Shown here: in pieces, positions 27,101-41,807 of the stretch
Layout: each line of letters opens with the position of its first letter
How positions within the stretch are numbered: position 1 is the stretch's first letter
Assembly (NCBI RefSeq): GCF_963921235.1
Contig: NC_086097.1
Coordinates: forward strand, 136,836,001 to 136,900,000
Direction of reading: 5' to 3'
Length of the DNA stretch: 64,000 nucleotides
Source of the DNA: Mobula hypostoma
Taxonomy: Eukaryota
The notes under the pieces: model-generated
Seen by the model: the letters and a program-made list of their open reading frames with translations, nothing else
What the model was told of the DNA's origin: nothing
Database searches by the model: none
Position numbers and translations under genes: made by a program

Positions 27101-30012
27101 TAGCAAATAACAAAATTCAGTGAAAGAAATGTTTGGGTGTTGAGGGAGAGCAGACAGGGAACTACATAAAATTTGGAAATGTAAACTGCTGGAGCTTGAG
27201 AGGTAGGGAGTATTTATTTAGCAATGAGAACGTGGATTTTGATGGGTAGCAGCTGTTCAGAAAATCTTCTTCCTAATTCTGAATTACAACCCAAAGACTG
27301 GATTTTATTTTCTGTTGTCCCATTTAATTAGTTTGACTGTGCTCTTCTTTGCCTGGGGTATCACACAGTCAACCTATTTCATTAGGGCAGAACTTTCCTT
27401 AATTGTATAAAAGAATCAATCAGTTCCTGGCTTCAAGAACAATATCTATCAATTCATCTATTAGAGAGTGTTAATATATGGATTGATTACTCCTACTCTC
27501 TCAACCACTTTCTGACCCTGTCTTTGGGAGAGTTTTTGGGCCTCATGTTGGCCTTGCTGACCCTTGAGAACCCTCAGAAGTGGAATGGAAGCAAGTTATC
27601 CTTTGGAGTTGGATTCTACAAATATCTTTCTGTGCATTTGTGGAAGCCTTACCATCTGGTTCTGCCCTGTGTAAAATAGAAAATCCCATTTTCAACTAAA
27701 ATGCCAAAAAGTCTTGCCAAGACTCCATATGTAGAATTAATCTCCTTGTATAGTAGACTTTTCCTTTTAGCGGTCTTTGGGAATCCTGTTCCTTTAATTT
27801 AAAGAAAAATCCCTTTATTTTATATTAATAGATCAAGATTTCTTAGATGTGAGTTTGTTGTTACTTGTGTTTGCATTTTGCTTGTTTTGATTGCACAGAG
27901 GAATTTAGAATGAAGTATTTCGACTTTCCCATTCAGACAAAGGGTCTTTGACTTGAAGTGTTAACTCTATTTTCTTCCACAGATGCTGCTTGTCTTGCTG
28001 ACTGTTTCCAGTATGTTCTATTTTTCATTCCTATTTTTAAATAAGCTCATGATCATTAAGAACTGCCTTGGGCACAGTTTCCATCAAGCAAGCTATTGTA
28101 CAAAAAAGAGTAACCAGAATTTAATGCTACGTTGTATTCCTTCTGAATTACAATTTGGTCTTTTGTATGCTATCATTTACACTCTGGTTAAAGTTTAACT
28201 GTATTCTCGTATAGATAGATATTTACTTCAATAGTTGTTAATGCTCTCCTGATTTTACTTGCTCAACCATAGAAGGCCTGGGTCTAAGGTAGTTACCAGG
28301 CTCAAAGACAGCTTCTATCCCACTGTTATCAGACTGCTGCACAGACTTCTTATATACTAAAAGATGAATTCTTGAACTCCTAGTCTACCTTGTCAACCCT
28401 TTGCACTTTGTTTACCTGCACTGTACTTTCTCCGCATTCTGCATTCTTTTTTAACTACTTTGGTGAAATTATGTATGGCTTGATCTATCTGGATAGCATC
28501 AAAACAAAGCTTTTTCAATGTATCTTGGTGTGGATGACAATAATAAATCAATATCAATACTAAAACATGAAATTCCCTCCCTAAAATTCTTTCCTTTTCT
28601 CCCACACTCTTTTAAGACAGTGAACAGATTTCTCTCTGTGGCTCAGGAGCTAATTTTTATTTGACAGTTCTGTCAATGTTTTGGAGTATTTGTGTGTTGT
28701 GTATAGTATAAGCTGATTATCTGTTTTTACTTACAATATTAGACAAGGATACGTGATGAATAGGATACTTTGTCCCCTTCAGTAGAACTCAGAGCTGTCA
28801 AAGACCTTGCCGTAGCAGGACCGTATAAAATAAGGAACCTCATGAATGGAGAAGGGTTATATCTGATTGGCCGATATTACCAATTATCTCACAGATCTTA
28901 AGCTGCACAGTTCAGGGACAGAAAAGAGGCAGTGATAAAGAGATGACTTCAGCCGTCAGAATATAATTGCATCTATACGCTGCCATCATCATTAGTGGTG
29001 CCATCACTGGGTACACAGGCTACATTTCTGCCATTACCTCAGGTAACACTACCTTTGCTTTACCCATCCAGACCCCAGTTCCTGTATGAGGGTCTTTTCA
29101 CAGTGTCCCGCCTCTTTTTGACTGGGACTGCATTGTCTTGAGTCTAGAAGAATGTGAGGGAATCTCTCCCATTTGTGGTATATGGTAAAGGACTCGTGGT
29201 ACATGGTGAAAGTGCAGGAAATTTATACCATGGCGGAAGATGAACTATGATCTTGATAAATGATGAAGCAGGAGGATCAAGGGGTCTATTTTTCATGTTC
29301 AGCCTTGGAAAATAACCTGCAGTGTATCTTCAACCTTTGTAAAAACTTTCTGTGCTTAACCATCCATTCAGAATTATACCCAAGTCTCTATAGGTTGATG
29401 TAAGTTAACAACCCAGGAATTTTGAGAATTCTTAATCCTTATCTTAATCAGCCAAGTTAGAGATTGCAGCAAACAAATTGCCAAAGCAGCTCGTTAATAA
29501 TGTGGTATTGTACATAACTCTTACTGCCATTTGATCCTCTTGTACTAAGTCCATTGTTAGCCTATTTAAACAATGCATCATGGGAGCTTAACTTCTCAGA
29601 AATAAAACTGATGAACAAAAAGGGCTTTAAATCATTAAATAAAAGAAGCACCATCATTTCAAGTGGCTCATTTATTAGGAGTCTTTCTCCTTAAAATTTC
29701 ATGCAACTGGTAAATAACAACCAAAATTAGCGTCTCCCCACAACAAAACCAAATGCCTTAGCTGGACTACAGTTCAAGTGCCCATGTAGTTTTTGTTCCT
29801 CTGCATTGCCACTCCTTTACTCTTACTACAGTTAGATGCTCACAGCTCATCCTTCTAATTCCAAGAGGAAGTGGCTTTATAAAATTACATTTCAATGTAA
29901 TAATATGCCCCAATTCTTCTTCGCGCAAATCATTATTTCTGCTTTCTTTCCAAACACTTTAAAATTCTTAACTGCAGTGTAATTTTTTTCAATTGCTTTT
30001 CTCTTTCATTAG

Positions 30013-30134
30013 ACAATTCCTGAAGAAATACTTAAGAATTTGGTAGAAGAGCTTCCACAGCCTCGAAAGGTTCCCAGAAGGTTGAATGAGTACACTCAAG
30101 AGGAGATTAATGCCTTCCCAAGACTATGGACACC
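30013..30134 (+). CDS. MRPL13: MRPL13 internal coding exon (equivalent to exon 6): [40 protein letters not shown](P)
   Basis: Acceptor ctctttcattag and donor gtaagt at 30135; 122 bp, ends in phase 2. Matches the metazoan uL13m C-terminal extension. Confidence 0.96.
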
Positions 30135-31179
30135 GTAAGTAGATTATACCCTTCAGTTAATGGGTTGAATTTATCATTGAACAAGATAGAACAGCAAATT
30201 GTTGAAAATCTATTTCCTTTGGGTACAGTGACAGGTACTGGATTAACAATTCAGACTCTGCAGTCCAAATTTAAATTCACTTAATTTAAAATTACTTTTA
30301 AAATATAGTCATCAATTATGATTTTAAAAAACTGCTGGCTTCTCGTCAAACCCCACCCTAGTTCGCTAATGTCCTACAGGGGAGAAAATCTGCCATCCTT
30401 GCTTAGGACTGCATGTGACACTAGACACACCATTGTTTTCAGCTTTGAATTGGCGTACCAAGTTATTTGAACCAAATAAATTTTCTTGAAATGCAACCAG
30501 ATAGATCAGCTAGCAGCTTCTAAAACCCCAAATTCAGACTAACTAAGTTATTCCAAGCACAGTCAATGTTTGCGATTCCTCTTCAGAAACATCTAAGCTT
30601 CGTGACCATATTGGGAGAGTATGCCTACAAATGAGTAAAGCCAAAGCAATGTTCCCTGTAACTTTTTTTTTTACAGCTGCATGGACCAATCATTGCTGTG
30701 AACAGGAAATTTTTACACGTCCTGAAACCTGCGCAGTACTTTTTTAAAATGAATTGTAATATGCATACTATGAATATTTAGAATGAAAATTCATATACTT
30801 TTGATTTTATCTGTTAATTAAAGGGAATAATGAAATACAGTACAACAAAGAAAATCTTTCACATTTTGTAAACTTTTTCTAGCTGCGTCTAATTCCAGCT
30901 GTGTGGCAACAAAGGCTATGTGCACAGGAACATTTCAGTTACTCTACAGCCACACACCTGTGTTGCTCAGTGAACCAGAGCTTTATAATGTTGTATATAC
31001 AATCGCACCTTACAGATGGCATGCCGGACCACTCCACCACAATCCATGAGTATATCCTATCACAGCAGCAGGTTAGACAAACCCAAATGGCACAATATTG
31101 CAGTCTCTTCACCCTATCACAATATTACTTCAAACAAATACCAAACAGCTGAACTGCAAAGACTAGGTGAGAGCAAATG

Positions 31180-32500
31180 CCTTTGTCATCAAGGCAATGT
31201 TTGACCAATTGTGGCATTAAGGAGTCCTGGTAAGACTGAAGTCAATGGGAATTAATGGAAAGAAAATAACGGTTGGAGTCACACATTATACAACAGAAGA
31301 TGGCTGAGGGTGTTGGAGGTCTTTCATCCCAGCTGAAGACATTACTGCAGGTTCATCGGGCAGTCCAAAATTCTTTAGCTGTTATACAGTGACTGAGCTT
31401 TGAACGTGTAGTTAGAAGCAGGGATTCTACTGAAGATTGAACTAAGTTCAATTCCATTTGCAATGCCTCAGCAAATGAAGCAGCCCGTGCATGTGTGCAG
31501 CAAGACTGAGACTAAATTCACACGTAGACTGATAGGTGGCAAATGACATTGTACCACAAAGGTGCCAGGAAATGACCATGTCCAACGAGAGAACATCTGC
31601 CCTGGTAATCAAAAGCATTGCCTTCACAGATTCCACCCCCTCCCCCACCAATCAAGATCCTGCAACCTCACTATGAACTGGGGGCCCAACAGGACCAGCC
31701 ACACAATTACTAGTGACCACTAGATCAGGAAGGTCCACTTCCTGATACCCCCAAAGCCTTTTTGCCATTGACAAGTCGGGCACATTGGTGAAGTGCTCTC
31801 CACTTTCCTGGATGAATGCAACTCCCAACAACGCACGGGAAGCTCAACGCCATCTAGATCAGAGCAGCCCACTTTATAGACACTTTGTTCGCCCACTCCA
31901 AATATTCTTCTCCACTACCATTAGGTTCTTGAACTGACCTGAAAAATGTAATGCTACCTTGGATTATATTTTTTTTCTCCAGCTCAGTTTGCACCATGTC
32001 CCTAATTTTATTTTGTTATGTTAGTTAATATATTCTATTTTAAGTTTATGTTCCTTTATGTTTTTCATCCTATAATGTACTGTGCTGATTCTGCATGAAC
32101 CTAATTTTTATGGCATTTATACCCTGGATATGTATGCCCATGACAATAAGCTTGAACTTCATTCCCTCCAATCCCAACACAAAATGGTGTTGAGTGCCAC
32201 TTACAAATGCCTTGTAATTTCTGCCCTAAGCTACTTGGACAGCACCTCCAAAACCCATAGCCAATAACAAGGTTTGGGCACATGGAAACACTGTCACCTT
32301 CAGGTGCCCCTCCAAGTCCCAAGCCACCTTAACTTGGAAATAATACCTTATATCCTTTATCAGTGGTGGTCTAAATCCAGGAGCTCCCTCACAAAAAGGT
32401 GTGCCGAGCATCAGTAAAGTAACTCACTACCACCTCAAGGGCAGTGGGAGATGAACAGTAATCACTCAGCCTCCCAGTGACATCCAGTGAATGACACCGA
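31180..32500 (+). mobile_element. Highly decayed non-LTR retrotransposon RT and 3' region, with a nested LINE tail
   Basis: Residual SPLSWMNATPTT..KLNAI..RAAH-like reading near 31795-31880. Clade uncertain. Confidence 0.45.
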
Positions 32501-34727
32501 AAAAAATGAATAAGAAAAGATTTAAACTTCACCTTGGATTGGATTAAGAAAAACAGAATTCTACAGACTAACGCAGTACATGCTTCTAAACACAAGCCTC
32601 AGTGCTCTGGTTCTTTTGATAGATGGCATTGAAAACTATTTTTCTGATGAAACTTTTATTATTTGCTTGCTGTAACATTTATTGATATTCTAAGCATTGG
32701 AACTTGTGTGAATTTAGTTTTTGACAGTCCAGAAAAGTTCTTGTCAAACAGAGCATAGTGAAGGAAACATCTGGAAGTGAATGCTGTGTGAATTATAGGT
32801 CTAGGCAATGAAGATATACAGAGTACATTTTCCTCTTGAGATATTCATCTGTTTTAGTCCGGAGTTTAACATACCATTTTATCAACATATTTATTAGTAA
32901 CTGGAGAAGCAAGACTCAAAGATTTCTTTTTAAATAAATTTGCCAAAAGAAAAATGAGGCACATTTATTGGGATAATCCTTATCTTTTAGTTCACCTCTT
33001 TCATGTTTGTTAGACACTCTCTCCCTCTCTCCCCCTTTTCCTGTCTCTGAGTGTTTGTGCATCCATCAGTCAGGTTATCCATGTTTTTTTGTGTCTCTCA
33101 CATTTGAGCTCTGCTCTTGCAGGCTTTCACTCTTTCTGCAATTTTTTAATTGCTTGTATGGAAGACTAGAAAGATGTTGGATTTGTTTCCTGTTTTCTGC
33201 ATGTTAATCTTACATAGTTTACTTTAATTACTTCCAATGTTACATAATACCAGTATTTTTGAATTGTTTCACTGGATGTGCACTAAGCTGTTGCAGATAC
33301 TGGACTAGGATTCATGGCAAAATGCGGATTTATGAAAATGATCCATTATGCTACTTTTCCAACTTGTTCTATTTCAGTGTATTCTCTCAGAAAAGAAACC
33401 GGGTGTTCAGTTGTACAGAATAGTACTGTCTGTCAAGACCAATGGAATGCAAACCCATTCAGGGCTGTATGGTGGTGCCTTGTTTATCATTTTCAAAGAA
33501 CTCATAACACTTGTTTAGTCCTTACAATGTAGAGTTAAAAGGCAAAGATTAAGGACAAGCTTTGTAAGATTAGAGGTTGCATCAGAGGATCCAGGTGTTT
33601 GATTATATTTTTGTATATAACTGTTCACAACCTTTGAATTGTTCAGACAGCCTCTGTACCAGTTCACCTGAACTAAACTGCTCTTTAGCTTCTATTCTGA
33701 TTTCTTTGATGTGCTCTGTCGAAGTAGTGAACAGCTATTGTGAAGCTGCATTGTAACAGATGCTTCCTCTCACCCCTGGCACTCATCAACTGCTGTTCAG
33801 CTCAGAGGATCCTTGTATTCACAGAGGGAATTTTAGTTTACTTTCTTTTTAGTGATCAATTTTGTGTGCTCCCTGTACAGGGAAATATTCCTTTAGTTTC
33901 TATTTTTGTCATTTAAAATTTGTATTACCTATCAGGCCCTTAAAATGTCTCCATCTGTTCAGGAGAATTTAGAGTAATGGTGGTTTTAACCTAGTAGCTA
34001 ATAGATTGCAGGTGATTTTTTTGATCAACTGTCCCATGTAAACTTTTACCAATCTTAATTTAGGAAAAAAAAATTAGAAGAAATGTAAACAGCCAATCTA
34101 CTTTCCAAATGGATCAGTTGTATAATAGGCAGCCTTTTAGCTGATTCCCAGTTTACATGAAGCCAGTTCTCTATTAACCACTTTGGATTCTTGGCTAGTA
34201 AATATTATTCCTTTATAGTCTTTCTCAAACTTTGGAACTTCTAAATTTGTCAGCAATAGTTTTCATGAAGCTTGAGTTTTTGATGCTTTTGTTACTGATT
34301 CATACTGACAGCAGTTTTGTACTTTATTTTGACAATCATGAAGTCCTTCCGATGCTAAGCTAACGATTCGTTTTGTCTCCAGTGCCTTCTAATTTACTTC
34401 CAAATTCAGCATGTCAAAATGATGCGTTAGCCGTGAAACTCTGAAAGGAGGGAGCTTTGCCGTGCATGTCCAAACTTGATTTCTGGGTTGCTCATCCAAA
34501 TCTCCTTAGATGTTTTCAGTTTCTTCTTTTGCCACATGCCCAAGCAGTGAGTTTCTAACCCCTTCCCATCCTCATTGCCCATCCTCCCCACCTTCATTCT
34601 ACCATGTCCCAGTGCTTGAAATCTCTGGGAGGGGAAATGTGTCCTTATTCACTCTCTCTTGTTAAATAGTGGCAAAGTCTTTATCTTTCTGATACTGAAT
34701 CCCAGCCCTGTAAAATAAATGTGGCAC

Positions 34728-35215
34728 AGTCTGAGCAGGTCAGGCAGAGAGAAAACAACGGTTGATGTTTCAGGTCAAGATACTTCATCTGGACTGAAAG
34801 AGTAGAGGGAAGATAGCCAGTATAAAGCCCATCACCTGTACACTATCCCCCACTGTGTCCTCTCACTATTCCTATCTGTCAATCCCACCTCCCTTACTTG
34901 GTTTGTCTTCAACTTCTTCCCATGAGATTCTATCATCTGCAGCCCCTCGTCACTCCCACTCTAACACTATCTTCACTTTTTCCTTCACCATCTAACTCCA
35001 TCTGCCATCCCCTCCTCACCTGGACTCACATATCACCTGCCAGCTCTTACTCCACCTCTCTTCCTCACCTCTTGATTACCATCTCCCCTCTACTCTTTCA
35101 GTCCAGATGAAGGCTCTGCCTGAAATTTCAACTGTCCAATTCCCAACCAGCTGAGTTCTTTCAGCAGCTTTTTTTTTTGCTCAAGTTACCAACATCTGCA
35201 GTCTCTTGTGTTTCC
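34728..35215. mobile_element. Head-to-head pair of Penelope-derived repeats
   Basis: Minus copy at about 34730-34825 (tttcaggtcaagatacttcatctggactgaaag) and plus copy at about 34830-35215 (ctttcagtccagatgaaggctctgcctgaaa...ctgagttc). Confidence 0.65.
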
Positions 35216-35989
35216 ATATCACTGAACCATGCTCAAGGACTCCACTCCTCCCGTAATGATATATTTCATCCCCTTGCAGCGCAAGCATATTCTTTATAAG
35301 TTGAAGTGTTACCTTAGTCTTAAATCAAAATCTAGTTTATTGCTATATACCTCCTCCCTGGTAGTAGCTGCAAAAAGACGGTGTGGCCTGGATAGTGGGG
35401 ATCTTTGGTGGATGCTGCCTTCTTCAGGCAATGCCTCCTGTAGATACCATCAGTGGTGGGGAGGGATGAGCCCATGATATATTGGGCAGAATCCACTACT
35501 CTCTGCAGCTTCTTGCGTTCCTTCACATTTGTAATCTTAATTTAATTCAAATCTTGAGGCATTGATACTTGTACAAGCAAGAAAAACCTCCCTTCACTTC
35601 AGATGCTTTTCAGTTAAAAAATCACAATGAAGATCATGTCACTTTAAAGTGTAATACTAGTGAACACGGTAACCCTGAAAATGACTGAACCCACTTGAAC
35701 GGTGAAAGTTCAAATCTTTAATCTTAAAGTTGTTTAGTGAGCAAAGAAGAAACCATGAAGTAAATAATCCAATGATTTGCACCATTTATTCCATTGTAGA
35801 CAAGATCAACCGTGAAATGAGGCATATCAAAGACATAGTTAATTAAGTGCTATAAATTTTTTATACTGTAGACCTCCTTAGGCCCCATTACTAATCTCCT
35901 GGAAGATTCATTGCCAGTAAGTCTGCTTTACTACTCTGTATTCCTTACAGCCTCAGAATTCAAGTAATAACAATGAACTGCAAAGACCA

Positions 35990-36490
35990 TCAGAATCAGA
36001 TTTATCATCACTAACTTGTATGTTGTGAAATTTGTTGTATTGAAGCAACAGTACAGTGCAAAGATATAAAATTACTTTAAGTTACAAAAATAAATAAATT
36101 GTGCAAATAAAGGAATGATGAGATAGTATTCATGGGTTTCACGGACCATTCAGAAATCTGATGACAAAGGTGAAGAAGCTGTTCCTAAATCATTGAGTAT
36201 TGACCCTCAGATTCCTCTACCACCTCCCTATATGAAGAAGACATCTTCTGAATGGCGAGATCTTTAAAAATGGTTGTTGTCTTCTTGAAGCATCACTTCT
36301 TGAAAGTGCTCTCAATAGAGAGGAGTGTTGTGCCTATGACAGAGCTGGCCAAATCTACAACTCTACGCAGCTTCTTGTGATCCTGTGTATTGGAGCTTCC
36401 ATACCAGGCTGTGATTCAGCCAGTCAGAATGCTCTCCACCGTACATGTTAACAGTTTAAAAAATGTTTAAAAATTTTTGGTGACATACCA
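35990..36490 (-). mobile_element. Rex1/Babar-type LINE 3' fragment
   Basis: (atcaga)n tail complement followed by antisense RT C-terminus (LTG.ITAWYG motif). Confidence 0.65.
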
Positions 36491-38750
36491 ATGCACTGAT
36501 TTAGTTTGTTAATATGTTCTGTGGGAAGTCTAATTTTCTGCTTCATAGTTAAAGTGTTCGTAAAGCAAACCATGCCAAAGCCAGCCACTATAGGTTCTGC
36601 ACAAGTTTGACTTTTTGTACATTACTGTGGCATTTTACCAATCAAAGCTGCAGCAAGTAATGTGTCCGTTTGGGAGGTGATATGTGGTGCAGAGTGAATC
36701 TCTGGGAATGTACTACTACAAATATAAATCCACCCCTCCCTCTCTGTATGCAGGATTTTGGAGTGAAAGTGGTTAGTATATTCAAGTGCTGATAATTATA
36801 AATCAAAGAGGAACAATAGAAGATGATGGTCAGTGTATTGTTTGCAAATCCTGGAATTCCACAGTAGCAATGTGATCTTAAAAGATTTTCATCAAAAAAG
36901 CAAGCCATATGGTTAAACAATTTCATTTGGTGTGAAGTATGGTGTAAGCTTGTTGTGTGGCAGTACAATGAGCCGTCTCCTAAAGTTTTCTTTTCCAGAC
37001 CTCTATATTAAATTAAATTGCATTCCTTTCAAGTGCCAAACACATGCTTGCTCAGTTCATGAAAATTTTAAGGAATAAGTTTTCCTGCGCAGTAACCTGG
37101 TACAATTTGTGCAATAGTTGAAAATGCCCAGGTTTGTGTAATTCTTGTTCTTCATATATAATATTTTCAAATTGGCAAAAAAGTAGTTCATTTTCTTTGT
37201 GTACCAACATTACCATCTCAATCTTTCTCTCTCATCTCTCATGCAAGTTTTGTTCTGCTTTCTCCATCTACAACACAAGAGGACAAATAAATATTGTGAA
37301 TGGTCACTTTCGGTAAAAACCAGAATGGCTAGATGCTCAGTTGCTTATTATAAACTTGAAGTAAATACCAAGTACAATTACAAATTTTGATTTGTTGCCT
37401 CACATGTGAGCTATTACCATCCACTAATAACTGCACACCATTGTGTTCCAAATGGGGTGAGGTCTTAACTTACTCAGTATATATTCTGGTAAGATCTTTA
37501 ATCATCATTTCAAATCTACTAGCAAAATGTGCCTTAGCTGAGTTTCGGGCATTTCTACATCATGTTTTCACATAAGAAGATGCTTTTAAGTGTTTAATTT
37601 AAATATAAGAAAAAAGGAGAAGGAATAGACTTTATGGCCCCTCAGACTTGCTACATCATTTCACAGGTCCTTGGCTGTGGCTCAACTTTCCTGCATGTTC
37701 TCCATAACTCTTTGCTTTCTATAGACCAGAAGTCTGTTTGGCTCGGCCTTGAATGATTAAGTTTCCACAGCTCTGCAGGATGGAGAATTCAGTGATAGAG
37801 TAATGGAGCAGGGAAACAGTGTTTTGGACCAAGTGGTCCACACCAACCAAGATGCTCATCTAAGCTAGTCATATTTGCCCATGTACAACCCTCAAGAAAT
37901 TCTTCTTCCTCTAAGTCTTAAATTAACAATATCATATTGTAAAACTATGCCTGCCATTTCTAGATTCCTACACAAAGGGAGGAATCTTAAGACCATAAGA
38001 TATAGGAACAGAAGAAGGCCATTTGGCCCATCAAGTCTGCTCTGCCATTTCATCATGGCTGATCCAGTTTTCCTCTCAGCCCCAATCTGCTGCCTTCTCC
38101 CCATATCCCTTCGTGCCCTGACCAATCAAGAACCTATCAACCTCTTATGTATATTTAATATACATAAAGAATATGGGCCTAACCTCCTCAAACTTAGCTC
38201 ACTAGACCACCCCTTCATCCTAGGGGTAATGCAACTTCCCTGAGTTGCTTCCAATATGTGACCATCCTCTTAAAATGGAAACCAAAGCTGTATGATGTGC
38301 TCTAGGTATGGTCTCACAAGCATCCTATGTAATTGAGGGAAGACTTCCCTACCTTCATACCATAGAACCCTTGCAATTAGGGCCTACATTCCACCTTCCT
38401 TCCTAATTACAGCTATATCTTCATGTGACTTTGAGTTCTATGTAAAAGGACACCCAGATCACTCTGGTCTTTAACCAACATACTACTACTATTCTTTGTC
38501 CCAAAGTAGAGCACTTCGCGCTTCCCCATTTTATAAACTGTATATATTTCTTCTATTACTCACAACTTATTTCAAGAAAGTATGGCATGGAGGTTTTTAA
38601 AATGGAAAAGTTCTAATAGAGTAGATGTGAAAGGAATGTTTCCACTTGTGGGAAAATTATAATAAATAATGGCAAGGCAAGGTACCCGGCAAGAATTTAA
38701 GGTAATTTTTCCTCAAAAATTGGTGAGATGGTGGGCGTGCTACTGGACTG

Positions 38751-38850
38751 AGTCCTGATGAAGAATCTTGGTCCAAAGCATCGACTGTTTCTTCATTTCC
38801 CTTACTGCTGCCTGACCTGCTGAGTTCCTCCAGCATTTTGTGTGTTGCAC
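38751..38850 (+). mobile_element. Short Penelope-derived repeat with degenerate hammerhead core
   Basis: AGTC-CTGATGA-agaatcttggtcc-AAAG-catc-GACT followed by the family motif. Confidence 0.7.
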
Positions 38851-39711
38851 TGGACAGAGTAGTTGTGTGTTGCACTGAACAGTTGCAGACGCACTTAAGA
38901 AAAAGCTGGCCAAGCAGGAGAGGGGAGTAGGAATAGAGAGTTATGCTGATGGATATAAGACTGGAGAAGGGTTGAATGCTGGCATGATAGGGTTTCAGTT
39001 GTCAACTCTCTTAATTCCATACACCTGATCCCTTCACCTAAGAAATTAATATGGTTTATAAATTGTAACAGATTTGGCAATAATTTCTGTGTAAATTGTC
39101 CTGTGATTAGGTTAGGGTTAAATTGGGGTTTGCACAGCTTGAAGGACCAGAAGGACCTATTCCGAGCTGTATCGCTAAAGAAATAAATAATAAACTAATT
39201 GTCATTTCCAGAATGTCCTGCACCCATTTCTGGTTGAAGGTTCTTCCTAATGAGGGATGTCAGGCAAGCTGGCATAAAGCTTCCTGCTGTTTTTACCTCC
39301 ATATATAGTATATTTGAATGAGGGAGTTACATTTATAGTGTTAATGTCCTCTGGGACCTTTTTGAGAATCTCAGGAACTTGACCGTGACCAGTGACCCAC
39401 AATCCATGCATCACTCTGTAAGACTGTAGATGCAGGCTATCAAGTGCAGGGCACTTCAGACTTGTACCTCCCCTAACATGATAAAGGATTCAAGTTCCTC
39501 TCTTATCTTTGTCCTGATTTTCCACTAAATTATTAGGATATTTTTAGTGTCCCCTACTGTGAAAATAGGTACATAAGGAAAACAAAGACTAAAAACAGTA
39601 GGTCCTGACCAGAGTGCCAAAAGAGAAAAATGTTGAGCATTGGAGTGAAGGGACTAAAAAGATTTTAGAATCATTGAAGGTGCTGATAAGGCTGAACACA
39701 GTGTTGGCAAG

Positions 39712-40975
39712 TCAAAGTTGAATTTATTGCCATTTACGCATGTATATGGATGCACAAATGCAATGAAAAATTTGAATCAGCACCACACAACGCATCAGAC
39801 AAGCAGCAGTCACAAGAAAAGCATAAATTAACCATAAACTATACACAACTTTTACAAACGTAAGTAGAATAAATAAGTTAATTTTAATGCAAAGTGGTTT
39901 GAGTGTTCATAGTGTTGCTAAGCTGTAGTAGAGTTGCCAGTTGGTTCAAGAATTGAATGATTGAAGGGAAGTAGCTGTTCTTGAACTTGATGATGTAGGA
40001 CTTAAGGCTTTTGTACCTCCTGCCTGATGATGCCTTCAAGAAGGTATAGCCCAGATGGTGGGGATTTTTGGTGTTAGGTGTTGCCACCTTAAGGCAGCGC
40101 CTTCTATAGATGCTTCTGATGGTGAGAAGGGATGTGTCCATGATAAGTTGAGAAGAGTCCACTACTCTTTGAAGCTTCTGTACCTCTGTGCAACTGGACA
40201 CTCGACTTTCTTATCAGTAGACCTCAATCAGTGAGGATTTTTAATAACTTACCATCATCCTCACTGTCCATCATGCAATGTGCAAGCTAAGCTTTTCACC
40301 ATATTTTGGTACAAGATAATAATAAACCAATTCCAATTCTGGCATTCCTGAGGGTTTAATGTAACTTTAACTTCCTAAGAAAAAAAGGTGTTGCCACACT
40401 TCCCTCATGATCGCATCTGTGTGCTGGGCAGAGCACAGGTTGTCCAATATGTTAACACCTAGGAATTTAAAGCTGCTGACTCCCTCCACCACTGATTCCC
40501 CAAAGTAGACTGGCACACACTTGCCTACATTAAGCAAGAAATTGTTGTTGCAGCAGCACTGAACCAGGTGTCATATCTTGCTCCAGTAAGCTGACTCACC
40601 CTCACCTGTGATTCATCCAATGACGGTAGTGTTATTGGTCAGTTCGAAGATGGCATCGAAGCCGGGTTAAACCCACAGCCTTGAAGTATGCCTGTGTTGA
40701 TGGTCAGCAAGGAGGAAATCTTGTAGACTAATCCTCACTGTTTGAGGTCTGCCGATAAGGAAGTCAAGTATCCAGTTACAGAGGGAGGTACAGAGACCTC
40801 AGTCTTGAAACTTGATGATGAGTTTGGACAGGATAATTGTGTTGAACACCAAACTATAGTCGATGAGCAGCAGCCTGTACGAGTTCCTGTTGTCTAGATG
40901 GTCCAATGCAAAGTCCAGGGCCAGAGAAATTGCACCTGCTGTTGACCTTTCATGGCAGTAAGCAAATTGGAGTGG
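39712..40975 (-). mobile_element. Decayed Rex1/Babar-type LINE
   Basis: ORFs 40799..41098 (PLQFAY...LIDYS..FNTI) and 39884..40201 (KLQRVV...GRRYKSLKS). Confidence 0.8.
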
Positions 40976-41807
40976 ATGTTGTTCTCCATCATGCAAGAAT
41001 TTAGCAGTGGTAAGTTTCAATTCTGTATGGTGAGGCATGAGGAGCTTGGAGATAAGCAAGGTGTAAACAACAGCAGAGAGGGTAGGAGTTAACATCACAT
41101 TCCCAAGAAAGCAGCACTGTGACTAATGCATCTCTAAATATGTAATGCCAGTGATGATTCCATTAGTACTCGTGTTCCTGGCAGAGCATCCTGAGCCTTA
41201 AGCGAACTATCTCTGTACTATCCTCCATGGAATAGTTCTCCTCTTAGCACCTGCCTGACACCAGGGAATCTATGATTCCTTTCTTTTATCTAATCAATTA
41301 TCCAGTTTCAACTTTTATCTTGAAGATTAATAGATTTTTAGTTTAATTAGTCTTCCTTTTGAAATTTGGTCAAAGTCCAAAAAATCATCTACTAAAAGAA
41401 TTTCACAATGTATTCCTTCCCCTTGGAGCTCTGTACTGGCTCATCAGCCATAACTTTTCCACCATTAAAATGATGTTGTTTTAAAACTATGGCCATACAG
41501 ATCACCTTGTAGCTTACCTTAGTAATACTTGTAGTATTATAGTTTGTTCTTTTAAAAATAAAATTCTGCTACTCTTCCATCTTTTTTCCACTTCTGTTGT
41601 CTGTTTTCTGTACTCAATGAACATGTAATTATCCTTCTCAGCACTCGGTATGTTTTCTTCCAGTACTCTTGAATGAATGCCAAATAGTCTGAGTTTTCTC
41701 AACCTCAACTCTTTTCCTTTATCCAGCAACTTCTATTGTTGCAAGATATTTATTGTATGTAATCATTAAGAGAAATAATTCAAAAAATGTGTGTTCGAGT
41801 GGTTGAT

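Noticed and set aside
28970..29045. Hydrophobic reading LYAAIIISGAITGYTGYISAITS before a GTAAC donor-like site
   Set aside because: There is an in-frame stop just upstream, no good acceptor and no recognisable homology.
37725..37752. Possible MRPL13 last exon PPEVCLARP*
   Set aside because: It lies within an antisense CR1 3' remnant, so it is probably a chance acceptor.
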